From contig JAZRHS010000014.1 of NCBI GenBank assembly GCA_045644865.1, positions 1-37,052 of the forward strand: a DNA stretch of 37,052 bases, given 5' to 3'. The DNA is from Eubacteriales bacterium (GTDB taxonomy: Bacteria > Bacillota > Clostridia > Oscillospirales > CAG-272). The notes under the pieces are model-generated. The model had not been told where the DNA came from and made no database searches. It saw only the letters and a program-made list of their open reading frames with translations. Below, one piece after another: positions 9,488 to 18,673 of the stretch; positions within the stretch are counted from its first letter, which is position 1, and every line of letters starts with the position of its first letter. Made by a program: the position numbers and the translations under genes.

Positions 9488-10180
9488 TTGTATACGATAC
9501 TTGTGGTAGACGATGAGGTAAGAATCCGAAGCATAATTAAAAAGTACGCCGAGTTTGAAGGACATACGGTAGTTGAGGCAGGCGACGGACTTGAAGCGGT
9601 ATATCTCTGCCGTAACAACACCTACGATATTGTAATAATGGATATAATGATGCCCGAGCTTGACGGCTTTTCGGCTTGCAGGGAGATAAGAAAGGTGTCC
9701 CAAGTGCCGATAATTATGCTGTCGGCAAGAGGCGAGGAATACGACAGAATAAATGGCTTTGAGGTAGGAATAGACGATTATGTGGTTAAGCCCTTTTCTC
9801 CCAAGGAGCTGATGCTCCGTGTTGAGGCGGTTATGAAGCGTGTGAAACGGGTAGGAGATATGGGCGTAAAAGCGCCTAATGAGGTGGTTTCGATTGACGG
9901 CGGCAGCCTTAAAGCCGATATAACCGCGCGTATAGTATATATTGACGGTGAGAGGATCGATATGTCCCCCAAGGAATACGACCTGTTTTTCTATTTGATT
10001 GCCAACAGGAATATCGCTCTTACAAGAGAAAAATTACTTACAGAGGTTTGGGGATACGATTTCTATGGAGATGCCCGAACACTTGATACCCACATAAAGC
10101 TTTTGAGAAAAAGCCTTGGCAGATATGCCGACTGTGTTGTAACGCTTCGGGGCGTTGGATACAGATTTGAGGAAAAATAA
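9488..10180 (+). CDS. OmpR/PhoB-family response regulator
   Basis: VVDDE, DIMMP (phospho-Asp), KPF, winged helix (VWGYDF, TLRGVGY); TTG 9488 follows GGGGGTG (ORF-track start 9473). Confidence 0.95.
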   Translation: MYTILVVDDEVRIRSIIKKYAEFEGHTVVEAGDGLEAVYLCRNNTYDIVIMDIMMPELDGFSACREIRKVSQVPIIMLSARGEEYDRINGFEVGIDDYVVKPFSPKELMLRVEAVMKRVKRVGDMGVKAPNEVVSIDGGSLKADITARIVYIDGERIDMSPKEYDLFFYLIANRNIALTREKLLTEVWGYDFYGDARTLDTHIKLLRKSLGRYADCVVTLRGVGYRFEEK

Positions 10181-10197
10181 CAAAAGGAGAGCCGCAG

Positions 10198-11742
10198 ATG
10201 AAAATGGTGAAGAAAACTAAAGAAAAGTGCCGTGTCTGCGGTATAAGCGTAAGCTGGAAGCTTTTTGCCTTTTTGGTGGCTTTTGTAGTTTTTATGATGG
10301 CGGTCGTATGGGCTTTTCAGGTCTTTTTGCTTGATAGCCTTTACAGGGGTACAAAATATCGTGAGCTTGAAAACATTTCCCTGGCAATAGGTGAGTTCGC
10401 GGGTACAGAAACTCTTGGCGAGGCGGTGTATTCCTGTGCCGTGGACTATTCTACTTGTATAAGGGTATTCAAATTAGGAGAAAACTCGTCAGCTCTTGAG
10501 GTTGCAAGCGCAGATGTGTCGGCTGAATGTATCATACACAGTATATCGGGCGTAATGCTTAACAGAAAGCTTAACGAGTATTATGAAAAGGCTGTTGAGG
10601 CAGGCGGAGTGTTTGCGGAAACCAGCGAGGTTTCCTCAAAGCTTGGAACATTCTGGAGCGAGGGCAACAGAGATAACAAGCCGCTTTTTGATTTTATTCA
10701 GCCAAGTGACGACCAGCTTGTTATGGTTTATAACAGAATAGTTACAGGCAGGGACGGCGGAACTTATATGGTGCTTCTCAATTCGGAGCTGACACCTGTG
10801 GACGCTACTGTCAATACCCTTAAGCTTCAGTTTTACTGGATGGCCGGGGTTATGGTGATAGGTGCGCTTGTCTTGGCGTTCCTTATATCAAAAAATATTT
10901 CAAGCCCCATCAAAAAAATGAACAGCTCGGCAAAAAAGCTTGCCGAGGGTAGATATGACGCCGATTTTGCGGTAACAGGCTACAGAGAGATAATTGAGCT
11001 GTCGGAGAGTCTTGAGGACGCGGCAATAAAGCTTTCAAGGCTTGACTCGCTTCAGCGTGAGCTGGTGGCTAATGTTTCTCACGACCTCAGGACACCGCTT
11101 ACCCTTATAAAGGGCTACGGTGAGGTTATGAGGGATATTCCTGACGAGAATACACCCGAAAATCTTCAGGTAATAGTTGATGAGGCAAATCATTTGAGCG
11201 AGCTTGTAAATGACCTGCTGGACTTGTCAAAGATACGCTCGGGAGCGCGAGTCCCCGAATTTTCGGTGTTTGACATTACCGCCGTGGTTCGCGAGGTAAT
11301 GACAAGATATGATAAGCTTGTAAATGTTGGTGGATATAGGGTTGAGTTTTGCGCGGACGACCATTTTCTTGTGCGTGCAGACCGTCTGATGATAATTCAG
11401 GTGGTGTATAATCTTATAAACAATGCCCTCAATTATGGGGGTGAGGATAAAACCGTTTTGGTTAAGCAGGATTGCCTTGACGGAATGGTTCGAATTTCGG
11501 TTATTGATAACGGAGAGGGAATAGCCCCCGATAAGCTTGACAGTATCTGGGACAGATATTACAAGGTTGACAGAGTTCATAAGCGGGCAAAGGTCGGAAC
11601 GGGACTTGGACTTTCAATAGTTAAGGGAACTCTTGAGCTTCACAAGGCTTCCTACGGTGTGGAATCGGCTCTGGGACACGGAAGCTGCTTCTGGTTCGAG
11701 CTTCCTACAGTAGACAACGGGGAAAACGAGGAGATAATATAA
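10198..11742 (+). CDS. Membrane sensor histidine kinase (HAMP-HisKA-HATPase)
   Basis: Two TM helices, SHDLRTPL H-box, NLINNA, DNGEGI, GTGLGL. Confidence 0.95.
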   Translation: MKMVKKTKEKCRVCGISVSWKLFAFLVAFVVFMMAVVWAFQVFLLDSLYRGTKYRELENISLAIGEFAGTETLGEAVYSCAVDYSTCIRVFKLGENSSALEVASADVSAECIIHSISGVMLNRKLNEYYEKAVEAGGVFAETSEVSSKLGTFWSEGNRDNKPLFDFIQPSDDQLVMVYNRIVTGRDGGTYMVLLNSELTPVDATVNTLKLQFYWMAGVMVIGALVLAFLISKNISSPIKKMNSSAKKLAEGRYDADFAVTGYREIIELSESLEDAAIKLSRLDSLQRELVANVSHDLRTPLTLIKGYGEVMRDIPDENTPENLQVIVDEANHLSELVNDLLDLSKIRSGARVPEFSVFDITAVVREVMTRYDKLVNVGGYRVEFCADDHFLVRADRLMIIQVVYNLINNALNYGGEDKTVLVKQDCLDGMVRISVIDNGEGIAPDKLDSIWDRYYKVDRVHKRAKVGTGLGLSIVKGTLELHKASYGVESALGHGSCFWFELPTVDNGENEEII

Positions 11743-12548
11743 TGCTTAAAAAGGCGTTCAGAATATTCAGAATAATTTTGCTTATTGCTTGCGCCGCGGT
11801 TTTTGCTGTGAGCGCAATAAAGCTTGCAGAGATACTTGCGGAGTATTCAAGGGCTGAAAATGTATATAATGAAATAAATAAGGGTGTAGAAGGTGTGGTG
11901 GTAGATTCATCTGCAGGCGAAGTCCCCGAGCATCTTGTGGCTCTTTCAAAATATGTTTCCGAGCTTAAGGCGCAGTATCCCGATGTTGTGGGATATGTTA
12001 ATGTCCCGTCCTTGGGGATAAGCTACCCTGTGGTGCAGACCGATAATAATGATTATTATCTTGACCATATGATTACGGGCGAGGAAAGCGCAAGCGGAGC
12101 GATATTTTTGGATTATCGCATAAGCAATGACCCTTCGGAAACACAAAACACCGTGCTTTATGGTCATAATATGAACAACGGTTCAATGTTTCATAAGGTG
12201 GTTGAGCTTTATGACCTTGAGAAATTTATGAATGCTACCGTGGAATATGTTACCGAGAACGCGGTATATATATATTCCCCCCTTGCACTATACCGTTGCG
12301 CGGCGTATTATCCTTTTGGTACATACAGCTTTGATGACGGGGATAGCTTTGTGGGGTTTTGTGATATGATAGTTGAGAAAAGCTATCACACTACCCGTCC
12401 CGAGGGAACCGAATACGACGGCGATGAAAGCCTTATAACCTTTCTGACCTGTACCAATTCGATTACAACAAAGGCAGACAGATATGTTTATCACGCTTTG
12501 CTTACGGAATCTTATCAAAATATTCACGGAGAAGACGGTTCAAAATGA
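11742..12548 (+). CDS. srtB: Class B sortase
   Basis: N-terminal anchor, YPVVQ..NDYYL, GAIFLD, YGHNM..GSMF, FLTC, downstream Arg (DRYV); TAATG overlap with kinase. Confidence 0.9.
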   Translation: MLKKAFRIFRIILLIACAAVFAVSAIKLAEILAEYSRAENVYNEINKGVEGVVVDSSAGEVPEHLVALSKYVSELKAQYPDVVGYVNVPSLGISYPVVQTDNNDYYLDHMITGEESASGAIFLDYRISNDPSETQNTVLYGHNMNNGSMFHKVVELYDLEKFMNATVEYVTENAVYIYSPLALYRCAAYYPFGTYSFDDGDSFVGFCDMIVEKSYHTTRPEGTEYDGDESLITFLTCTNSITTKADRYVYHALLTESYQNIHGEDGSK

Positions 12549-13378
12549 TATCATTTGAGAATTTTATTTGCCCCCATTGTTCTTCACCTCTTGGGCTTGA
12601 CGCAGGCGGCAAAAGCCTATTGTGCGGCGGAAGTGTAAAGCGTCATTGCTTTGACCTTTCGTCAAGCGGATATGTAAACTTTGCTCCTCCGTCGCAAAGC
12701 GGATCGGGGGACTCAAAGGAAGCAATAAGAGCGCGCACAAGATTTCTTGAAAGCGATGGATACAAGCCTGTTTGTCAGGAAATAATTAAGATGGTGGGAA
12801 AATATTGCCACGGCGGACTTGTGGTCGACGCGGGCTCGGGGGAGGGCTACTACACCAATTTGGTTGCCGAAGCCTATGACGGTGAGGTGGCAGGCTTTGA
12901 TCTTTCAAAGTTTGGTGTCGAGAACGGAGCAAAAACGGCACGCCGAAAGAGTATTGAAAATGTTTTCTTTGCGGTTGGCAGTGTGTTTTCTATCCCGCTT
13001 GCCGATAACTGCGCCGATGGGATAATAAATATTTTTGCTCCTTGCGTAGAGGCTGAATATTCCCGTATACTTAAGTCGGGCGGGGTGCTTATAACCGCAG
13101 AAGCGGGAGAGGATCATCTTCTCGGTCTTAAGAATGCTATATATGACAGCGCGTATAAAAATACAGAGCGAGAGGATATGCCCAAGAGCCTTCGCCTTGC
13201 GGAAGAAAAAAGAGTGTCGTTTATGCTTGCGTTAGAGGATAAGCAGCTTATACTCGACCTGTTTTCTATGACTCCCTATTATTACAGAACCTCTGAAAAA
13301 AGTATGAATAAGCTTTTGGCACTTGACAGACTTGAAACAGAGGTGGATATTAAAATAAAGGTTTTTTATAAGGAATAA
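12545..13378 (+). CDS. RlmA-like 23S rRNA m1G745/748 methyltransferase
   Basis: Zn finger CPHC..C..HCFD..GYVN, AR..FL, DAGSGEGYY SAM motif, MTPYY. Confidence 0.8.
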   Translation: MISFENFICPHCSSPLGLDAGGKSLLCGGSVKRHCFDLSSSGYVNFAPPSQSGSGDSKEAIRARTRFLESDGYKPVCQEIIKMVGKYCHGGLVVDAGSGEGYYTNLVAEAYDGEVAGFDLSKFGVENGAKTARRKSIENVFFAVGSVFSIPLADNCADGIINIFAPCVEAEYSRILKSGGVLITAEAGEDHLLGLKNAIYDSAYKNTEREDMPKSLRLAEEKRVSFMLALEDKQLILDLFSMTPYYYRTSEKSMNKLLALDRLETEVDIKIKVFYKE

Positions 13379-13386
13379 GAGAACTT

Positions 13387-14100
13387 ATGAAATTTACACT
13401 TTGTATTCCGATGTATAACGAAGCCAAGGTAATAGCCCAAACGGCTAAAAGGCTTGATAAGTATATGTCGTCAAGGTTTGGCGATTATGAGATAATATTT
13501 TCCGATGACGGCAGCACCGATGGCTCTGCTGACATAGTAAAGTCGCTTTGCCTGCCCTGTGTCAGGGTAATAGGTTATTCCGATAACAGAGGAAAGGGAA
13601 GCGCGGTGAGAGAGGCTATGCTTGCCGCTACAGGCGACGCGGTTATGTTTACCGATTCAGACCTTGCCTATGGCACAGAGGTTATAGGTCAGATTGCCGA
13701 CGCCTTTGAAGCACACCCCGAATGTGATCTGGTGGTCGGTTCAAGAAATATAGCTAAAAACGGATATGACGGATATACGCTGACAAGAAGAGTCGCGTCA
13801 AAGGGCTATATTGCGGTGCTTAAGGCTATTGGCGGACTTAAAATATCCGATTCACAATGTGGTTGCAAGGCTTTCCGAAGGGAAGCGGCGGAAAAAATTT
13901 TCTCTAATTGTGTAGTAAACGGCTTCGCGTTCGATTTTGAAGCAATACTTCTCGCAAACAAGCTCGGATATAAAATATATGAGTATCCCGTTAAGGTCAT
14001 AAATCACGGCGAGTCAAAGGTAAGCGTGATAGGGGACGCTGTAAGAATGCTTGGCGATATTATTAAAATGAAAAAGAGAATTTCAGGACTTGACATATAA
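13387..14100 (+). CDS. GT2 polyprenyl-phosphate glycosyltransferase (DPM/DPG-synthase-like)
   Basis: IPMYNE, DDGSTD, NRGKG, TDSD, VGSR, DSQCGCKAF, FAFDFE; no TM helix. Confidence 0.88.
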   Translation: MKFTLCIPMYNEAKVIAQTAKRLDKYMSSRFGDYEIIFSDDGSTDGSADIVKSLCLPCVRVIGYSDNRGKGSAVREAMLAATGDAVMFTDSDLAYGTEVIGQIADAFEAHPECDLVVGSRNIAKNGYDGYTLTRRVASKGYIAVLKAIGGLKISDSQCGCKAFRREAAEKIFSNCVVNGFAFDFEAILLANKLGYKIYEYPVKVINHGESKVSVIGDAVRMLGDIIKMKKRISGLDI

Positions 14101-14126
14101 AAAGGCAGAATTTTACTGCCTTTTTT
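14099..14126 (+). terminator. Terminator closing the two-component operon
   Basis: AAAAAGGCAG-AATTTTA-CTGCCTTTTTT. Confidence 0.75.
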
Positions 14127-14145
14127 CATATATTTGAGATCCCTG

Positions 14146-14174
14146 TTGACAAACTGTGATGCATATGGTATAAT
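14146..14174 (+). promoter_or_regulatory. Consensus sigmaA promoter for the AraC gene
   Basis: TTGACA-17bp-TATAAT with TGn. Confidence 0.85.
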
Positions 14175-14196
14175 GATACCAAGAGGTGATTTTGTT

Positions 14197-14982
14197 GTGT
14201 TGAACAGTATAGAATTGTTAAGCGAAAAAAGAATACCTGCAGGGGCTGAATTGTATTTACCGAGCGACACGGTGCTTTATGTGTCGAGGGGGGCTTTGAT
14301 AATTGGCGATTATAAGCTTTTGACGGGACAGTATATGGCTTTGAAAAAGGATCAGGCGGTATCCTTTGAGGTTGAGAGTGGCTCGGAGCTTCGCCTTTTG
14401 ATGCTGTCTTTTGATAGCTTTGGTGAAAATCCGTTTGTGCTTTGCGATGTTTTTGACGCGTCCTGTCCCGATGATATGGACGGTCTGCTTGCGGGCAGAG
14501 AGCTGTGGCTGCCCCACAACACAAATTCAGCTGAGAAAATGGCGGAATATGTGCTTTCCTTGCTTGTGGGCGAAGAAGACGGAGAGTCCTGCGGAAACAA
14601 ATATGTTGATATGGCAAAAAGATATATTGATTTCAATTATCATCTTGATATAAGGGTTGAGGAGCTTGCCGAAAGAATAGGTGTGGACAGAAAGTATCTC
14701 AGAAATCTTTTTGTTGAGTATCTTGGCGTTTCCACCAAGGATTATATAATGAATTTGCGCATTGAGAGAGCAAAGGAGCTTCTTTTGTCAACAGATATTG
14801 CTGTTAATTCGGTTGCCTTTTCTGTGGGATATTCAGATGCTCTTGGATTTTCCAAAATGTTCAAGAAGTATACAGGGCTTTCGCCCTCGGATTACAGGGG
14901 CGGAGAGTCGCCTGTTGAGATAAGGCAGGCGGAAGAACCTGTTTTGCAGAAAAAAGAGGACATTAAATATTTCCTGCTTTAA
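14197..14982 (+). CDS. AraC-family transcriptional regulator
   Basis: C-terminal double HTH (ELAERIGVDRKYL..F, VAFSVGYSD..FSKMFKK.TG.SP..Y); GTG 14197 follows GAGGTG. Confidence 0.9.
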   Translation: MLNSIELLSEKRIPAGAELYLPSDTVLYVSRGALIIGDYKLLTGQYMALKKDQAVSFEVESGSELRLLMLSFDSFGENPFVLCDVFDASCPDDMDGLLAGRELWLPHNTNSAEKMAEYVLSLLVGEEDGESCGNKYVDMAKRYIDFNYHLDIRVEELAERIGVDRKYLRNLFVEYLGVSTKDYIMNLRIERAKELLLSTDIAVNSVAFSVGYSDALGFSKMFKKYTGLSPSDYRGGESPVEIRQAEEPVLQKKEDIKYFLL

Positions 14983-14995
14983 TTTCATATACAAA

Positions 14996-15020
14996 AAGGG
15001 CTGAGTCAGACTCAGCCCTT
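14996..15020. terminator. Terminator between convergent AraC and topoisomerase genes
   Basis: AAGGGCTGAGTC-A-GACTCAGCCCTT with A-run on the left (T-tail for minus strand). Confidence 0.85.
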
Positions 15021-15024
15021 GATT

Positions 15025-17031
15025 TTATATATCGGCGTCCTTTACATATTCCTTGCCGTGAAGCGTGATAAACTGCTTTCTTGCGGGAAGGTTGTCGCCA
15101 AGAAGTGTGTCGAAAATTTCGTAGGTCTTTTGCGCGTCGGTTGTAGTTACGGCAATAAGACGGCGCGTTGCGGGGTTCATTGTTGTTTTTGACATCATTT
15201 CGGGCTCATTTTCACCAAGACCCTTGGAACGCTGAAGCGTGTACTTTTTGCCGTCAAGCTTTTTGAGTATATCGGCTCTTTCAAATTCATTGTAAGCAAA
15301 ATACACATCGTCCTTTGTGGTTATCTCAAACAAGGGGGTCTCCGCGATGTATACCTTTCCTGCGGCCAAAAGCGAAGGAAGCAAGCGGTAGAAAAGAGTG
15401 AGCAGAAGCGTTCTTATCTGGAAGCCGTCCTCGTCCGCATCGGTACAGATAATAATCTTTGACCAGCGAAGGGAGTTGATGTCAAATGAGGGCATATCGG
15501 TTTTCACCTTGCCCTGAATTTCAACGCCGCAACCGATAACCCTGAGAAGGTCTGTGATTATCTCTGATTTGAATATCTTGTCATAGGTGCTTTTAAGACA
15601 GTTAAGAGTTTTACCTCTTACGGGAATGATTGCCTGAAATTCAGCATCTCTTGCAAGCTTACAGGACGAAAGTGCCGAATCACCCTCAACTATATAAAGC
15701 TCACGCAGGGCAGGGTCCTTGGTGCGGCAGTTGACAAACTTTTCAACTCTGTTGGCTATATCAAGAGTACCTGTCAGTTTTTTCTTTATGTTGAGTCTTG
15801 CGTTTTCAGCCGACTCACGGCTGCGCTTGTTAATAAGCACCTGATTTGCGAAAATTTCCGCGCTCTGGGGATTTTCGATAAAGAATATCTCAAGGTTTGT
15901 CTTTATCGACTCATACATTGCCTCGTATATGAACTTGTTGGTTATAGCCTTTTTGGTCTGGTTCTCGTATGAGGTTATTGTTGAAAAGCTGTTAATAACA
16001 AGGATAAGGCAGTCGCTTACATCGTTAAATGTAATTTTTGACTCGTTCTTTTGGTATTTACCCACGCTTTTGATGTATTTGTCAAGGGCGTATGCAAAGC
16101 CGAGCTTTACCGCCTTGTCGGGCGAGCCGCCGTGCTCAAGAAAGCTTGAGTTGTGATAGTATTCGATTACATTAACGCTGTTGGAAACACAGAAGGAGAA
16201 GTCAGCCTTAAGCTTGTATTCGGGCTTGTCCTCGCGGTCGCGGCCCTTGGTTTCAAGCTTCCAATGGTAGGGGGCTGTCATAGAAGCCTCGCCTGCAAGC
16301 TCGGTTATGTAGTCCGAAATGCCGTTGGGGTAAAGGAATTTATGCTCCTCAAATCCGCCGCCCTCTTTTTCTATTTTAAGCACGAATGAGATTCCCGCGT
16401 TTACCACCGACTGGCGGCGCATTGTTTCAATGAAAAATTCGGGGGGGATCTTTATGTCTGTAAAGACCTCAAGGTCGGGCTTCCAACGGATAACAGTACC
16501 CGTGCGTTTTTCCTTGCGCTCAAGCTCGCGCTCCTCAAGCTGGCTGCAGGGCTCGCCCTTCTTGAAGTGAATAGAGCGAACGAACTTTCCGTCATAGGAG
16601 TAAACATCCATAAACTCGGAGCTGTACTGTGTAGCGCAAGCGCCAAGTCCGTTAAGACCGAGAGAGTATTCGTATGCAGATTCGCTGTCGTTGTTGTCGT
16701 ACTTACCGCCTGCGTAAAGCTCGCAGTATATAAGATCCCAGTTCCATCTGCCTTCTTTTTCGTTGTATCCAAGGGGAACTCCTCGTCCCTTATCGTCAAC
16801 CTGTATGGAGTGGTCAAGGAACGCGGTTACCGTTATTTCGTTTCCGTGTCCCTCGCGGGCTTCGTCTACAGAGTTTGAAAGTATTTCAAAAAACGAATGC
16901 TCGCAGCCCTCAAGTCCATCAGAGCCGAAGATAACGCCGGGGCGTTTTCTTACACGGTCAGCGCCCTTGAGCGCAGTAATACTTTGGTTGCCGTATTCCT
17001 GTTTTGCTTTTGCCGTTCTGTTAGTTGCCAC
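15025..17031 (-). CDS. Divergent type IIA topoisomerase B subunit (GyrB/ParE family)
   Basis: VRKRPG, EILSNSVDE, DKGRGVP, AGGKY, VEGDSA, PVRGK, TDADEDG, QRSKGLGE; GTG 17031 follows AAAGGA. Confidence 0.92.
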   Translation of the reverse strand: MATNRTAKAKQEYGNQSITALKGADRVRKRPGVIFGSDGLEGCEHSFFEILSNSVDEAREGHGNEITVTAFLDHSIQVDDKGRGVPLGYNEKEGRWNWDLIYCELYAGGKYDNNDSESAYEYSLGLNGLGACATQYSSEFMDVYSYDGKFVRSIHFKKGEPCSQLEERELERKEKRTGTVIRWKPDLEVFTDIKIPPEFFIETMRRQSVVNAGISFVLKIEKEGGGFEEHKFLYPNGISDYITELAGEASMTAPYHWKLETKGRDREDKPEYKLKADFSFCVSNSVNVIEYYHNSSFLEHGGSPDKAVKLGFAYALDKYIKSVGKYQKNESKITFNDVSDCLILVINSFSTITSYENQTKKAITNKFIYEAMYESIKTNLEIFFIENPQSAEIFANQVLINKRSRESAENARLNIKKKLTGTLDIANRVEKFVNCRTKDPALRELYIVEGDSALSSCKLARDAEFQAIIPVRGKTLNCLKSTYDKIFKSEIITDLLRVIGCGVEIQGKVKTDMPSFDINSLRWSKIIICTDADEDGFQIRTLLLTLFYRLLPSLLAAGKVYIAETPLFEITTKDDVYFAYNEFERADILKKLDGKKYTLQRSKGLGENEPEMMSKTTMNPATRRLIAVTTTDAQKTYEIFDTLLGDNLPARKQFITLHGKEYVKDADI

Positions 17032-17072
17032 TTTATATGTCCTTTCACAAAAAATACAAATATCCAAACTAT

Positions 17073-17081
17073 ATTATAACA
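17073..17081 (-). promoter_or_regulatory. Extended -10 for the topoisomerase gene
   Basis: Minus strand TGTTATAAT; weak -35. Confidence 0.5.
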
Positions 17082-17151
17082 GATTTTTTTCGTTTTGAAA
17101 AGGGGATTTGGAAAATATTTTTATTTCTTTAGAGAATTTTATAGAATTGAC

Positions 17152-17180
17152 TTGAATATAATTGAAAAATATTATATAAT
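17152..17180 (+). promoter_or_regulatory. Putative promoter for murD operon
   Basis: TTGAAT-17bp-TATAAT in AT-rich divergent spacer. Confidence 0.55.
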
Positions 17181-17227
17181 ATAGAATAGCCTATTTAGAC
17201 TAAAGTATAATGGAGAGGTGCATTTTG

Positions 17228-18667
17228 ATGAAAAATACGGAGCTCCTTGAGAAAATAAAAAACAGCAAGGTCGCAGTTTTGGGACTTGGCGTTTCCAATG
17301 TTCCGCTTGTGGCTTTTTTGCTTGAGCTTGGTGTAAGCGATATTACGGTTCACGATAAAAAGCCGTGGACAGAGCTTGGGCGTGAGGCACGGGAGTATGC
17401 CGAACGCGGTGTACGCTTTGTTGGCGGAGAAGAATATCTTGATAAGGTTGAAGGAGATTATATTTTCCGCTCACCCGGAATAAGACCTGATATTCCTTCG
17501 CTTGTTACCGCGGTCAATGGCGGTGCGATTCTTACATCGGAAATGGAGCTTTTCTTTGAGCTTACCCCCGCAAGAATAATTGCTATCACGGGTAGCGACG
17601 GAAAGACTACAACCACCACCCTGACATATAAAATCCTTGAGGAAGAGCTTTCCAAAAAGGGTAACGGAAGGGTATATGTAGGCGGAAATATCGGAACGCC
17701 TTTGTTGCCCTTGGTCAATGAAATGACAGAGAAGGATTTTGCTGTGGTTGAGCTTTCAAGCTTCCAGCTTATGACGCTTAAGAAGATGCCATACCGCGCG
17801 GCTATCACAAACATATCCCCCAACCATCTTGATTGGCATACCGATATGGATGAATATGCTGAGGCAAAATTCAATGTTTGCCGCGAAAAGGGCGTGGACA
17901 GACTTGTAACAAACCGCGAGAGCGAGCTTGCTTATAACCTTTCACAGAGAGTTGCCTGCGGAGTAACGCTTGTTTCTTCAAAGAGAAGCGAATTCAAGAG
18001 CGTAAGCGAGGAAGGGCACGGAAAGAAGGCGGTGTTTGAGCGTGGCGGTGAAATAATAATAAGCGACGGAACGCTTGAGCGAGTTATGCTTAAAACCGCG
18101 GACATTAAGCTTGTAGGCAGACATAATGTTGAAAATTATATGACGGCTATTGCGCTTCTTGACGGAATGGTTTCATACAACAGTATCCGTAATGTGGCGA
18201 TAAGCTTTGGCGGAGTGGAGCATAGACTTGAATTTGTAAGAGAGCTTTGCGGTGTCAAATATTATAACAGCTCAATAGACTCAAGCCCCACAAGAACTGC
18301 GGCGGCTATTTCGGCGTTTGGTGAAAAGCCTATACTTATCTGCGGCGGCTACGATAAGCATATCCCATTTGATCTTCTGGGCGATGTTCTTTGCCAAAAG
18401 GCAAAGGCGGTGGTGCTTACAGGTGCTACGAGAGAGGCTATAAATGCAGCTATCAGAAATTCGACCTACTTTAAGGATTGTGAGTTGGAAATAGTTATAA
18501 AGCCTGATTTTTTTGAGGCGGCTTTGGCGGCAAGAGAGCTTGCCAAGGCGGGGGATTCGGTAGTGCTTTCGCCTGCTTGCGCAAGCTTTGACGCCTTCAG
18601 AAACTTTGAGGAGCGAGGAAATATTTTCAAGAACATAGTAAATACGATGACCGAGGAAGGTAATTAA
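17228..18667 (+). CDS. murD: UDP-N-acetylmuramoyl-L-alanine--D-glutamate ligase
   Basis: GLGVS, RSPGI, ITGSDGKTTT, GGNIG, ELSSFQL, NHLDWH, HRLE, LSPACASFDAF; ATG follows GAGGTG. Confidence 0.96.
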   Translation: MKNTELLEKIKNSKVAVLGLGVSNVPLVAFLLELGVSDITVHDKKPWTELGREAREYAERGVRFVGGEEYLDKVEGDYIFRSPGIRPDIPSLVTAVNGGAILTSEMELFFELTPARIIAITGSDGKTTTTTLTYKILEEELSKKGNGRVYVGGNIGTPLLPLVNEMTEKDFAVVELSSFQLMTLKKMPYRAAITNISPNHLDWHTDMDEYAEAKFNVCREKGVDRLVTNRESELAYNLSQRVACGVTLVSSKRSEFKSVSEEGHGKKAVFERGGEIIISDGTLERVMLKTADIKLVGRHNVENYMTAIALLDGMVSYNSIRNVAISFGGVEHRLEFVRELCGVKYYNSSIDSSPTRTAAAISAFGEKPILICGGYDKHIPFDLLGDVLCQKAKAVVLTGATREAINAAIRNSTYFKDCELEIVIKPDFFEAALAARELAKAGDSVVLSPACASFDAFRNFEERGNIFKNIVNTMTEEGN

Positions 18668-18673
18668 ATTTTG

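Noticed and set aside
9251-9703. 150-aa minus-strand ORF
   Set aside because: Covers divergent promoters and is antisense to the response regulator
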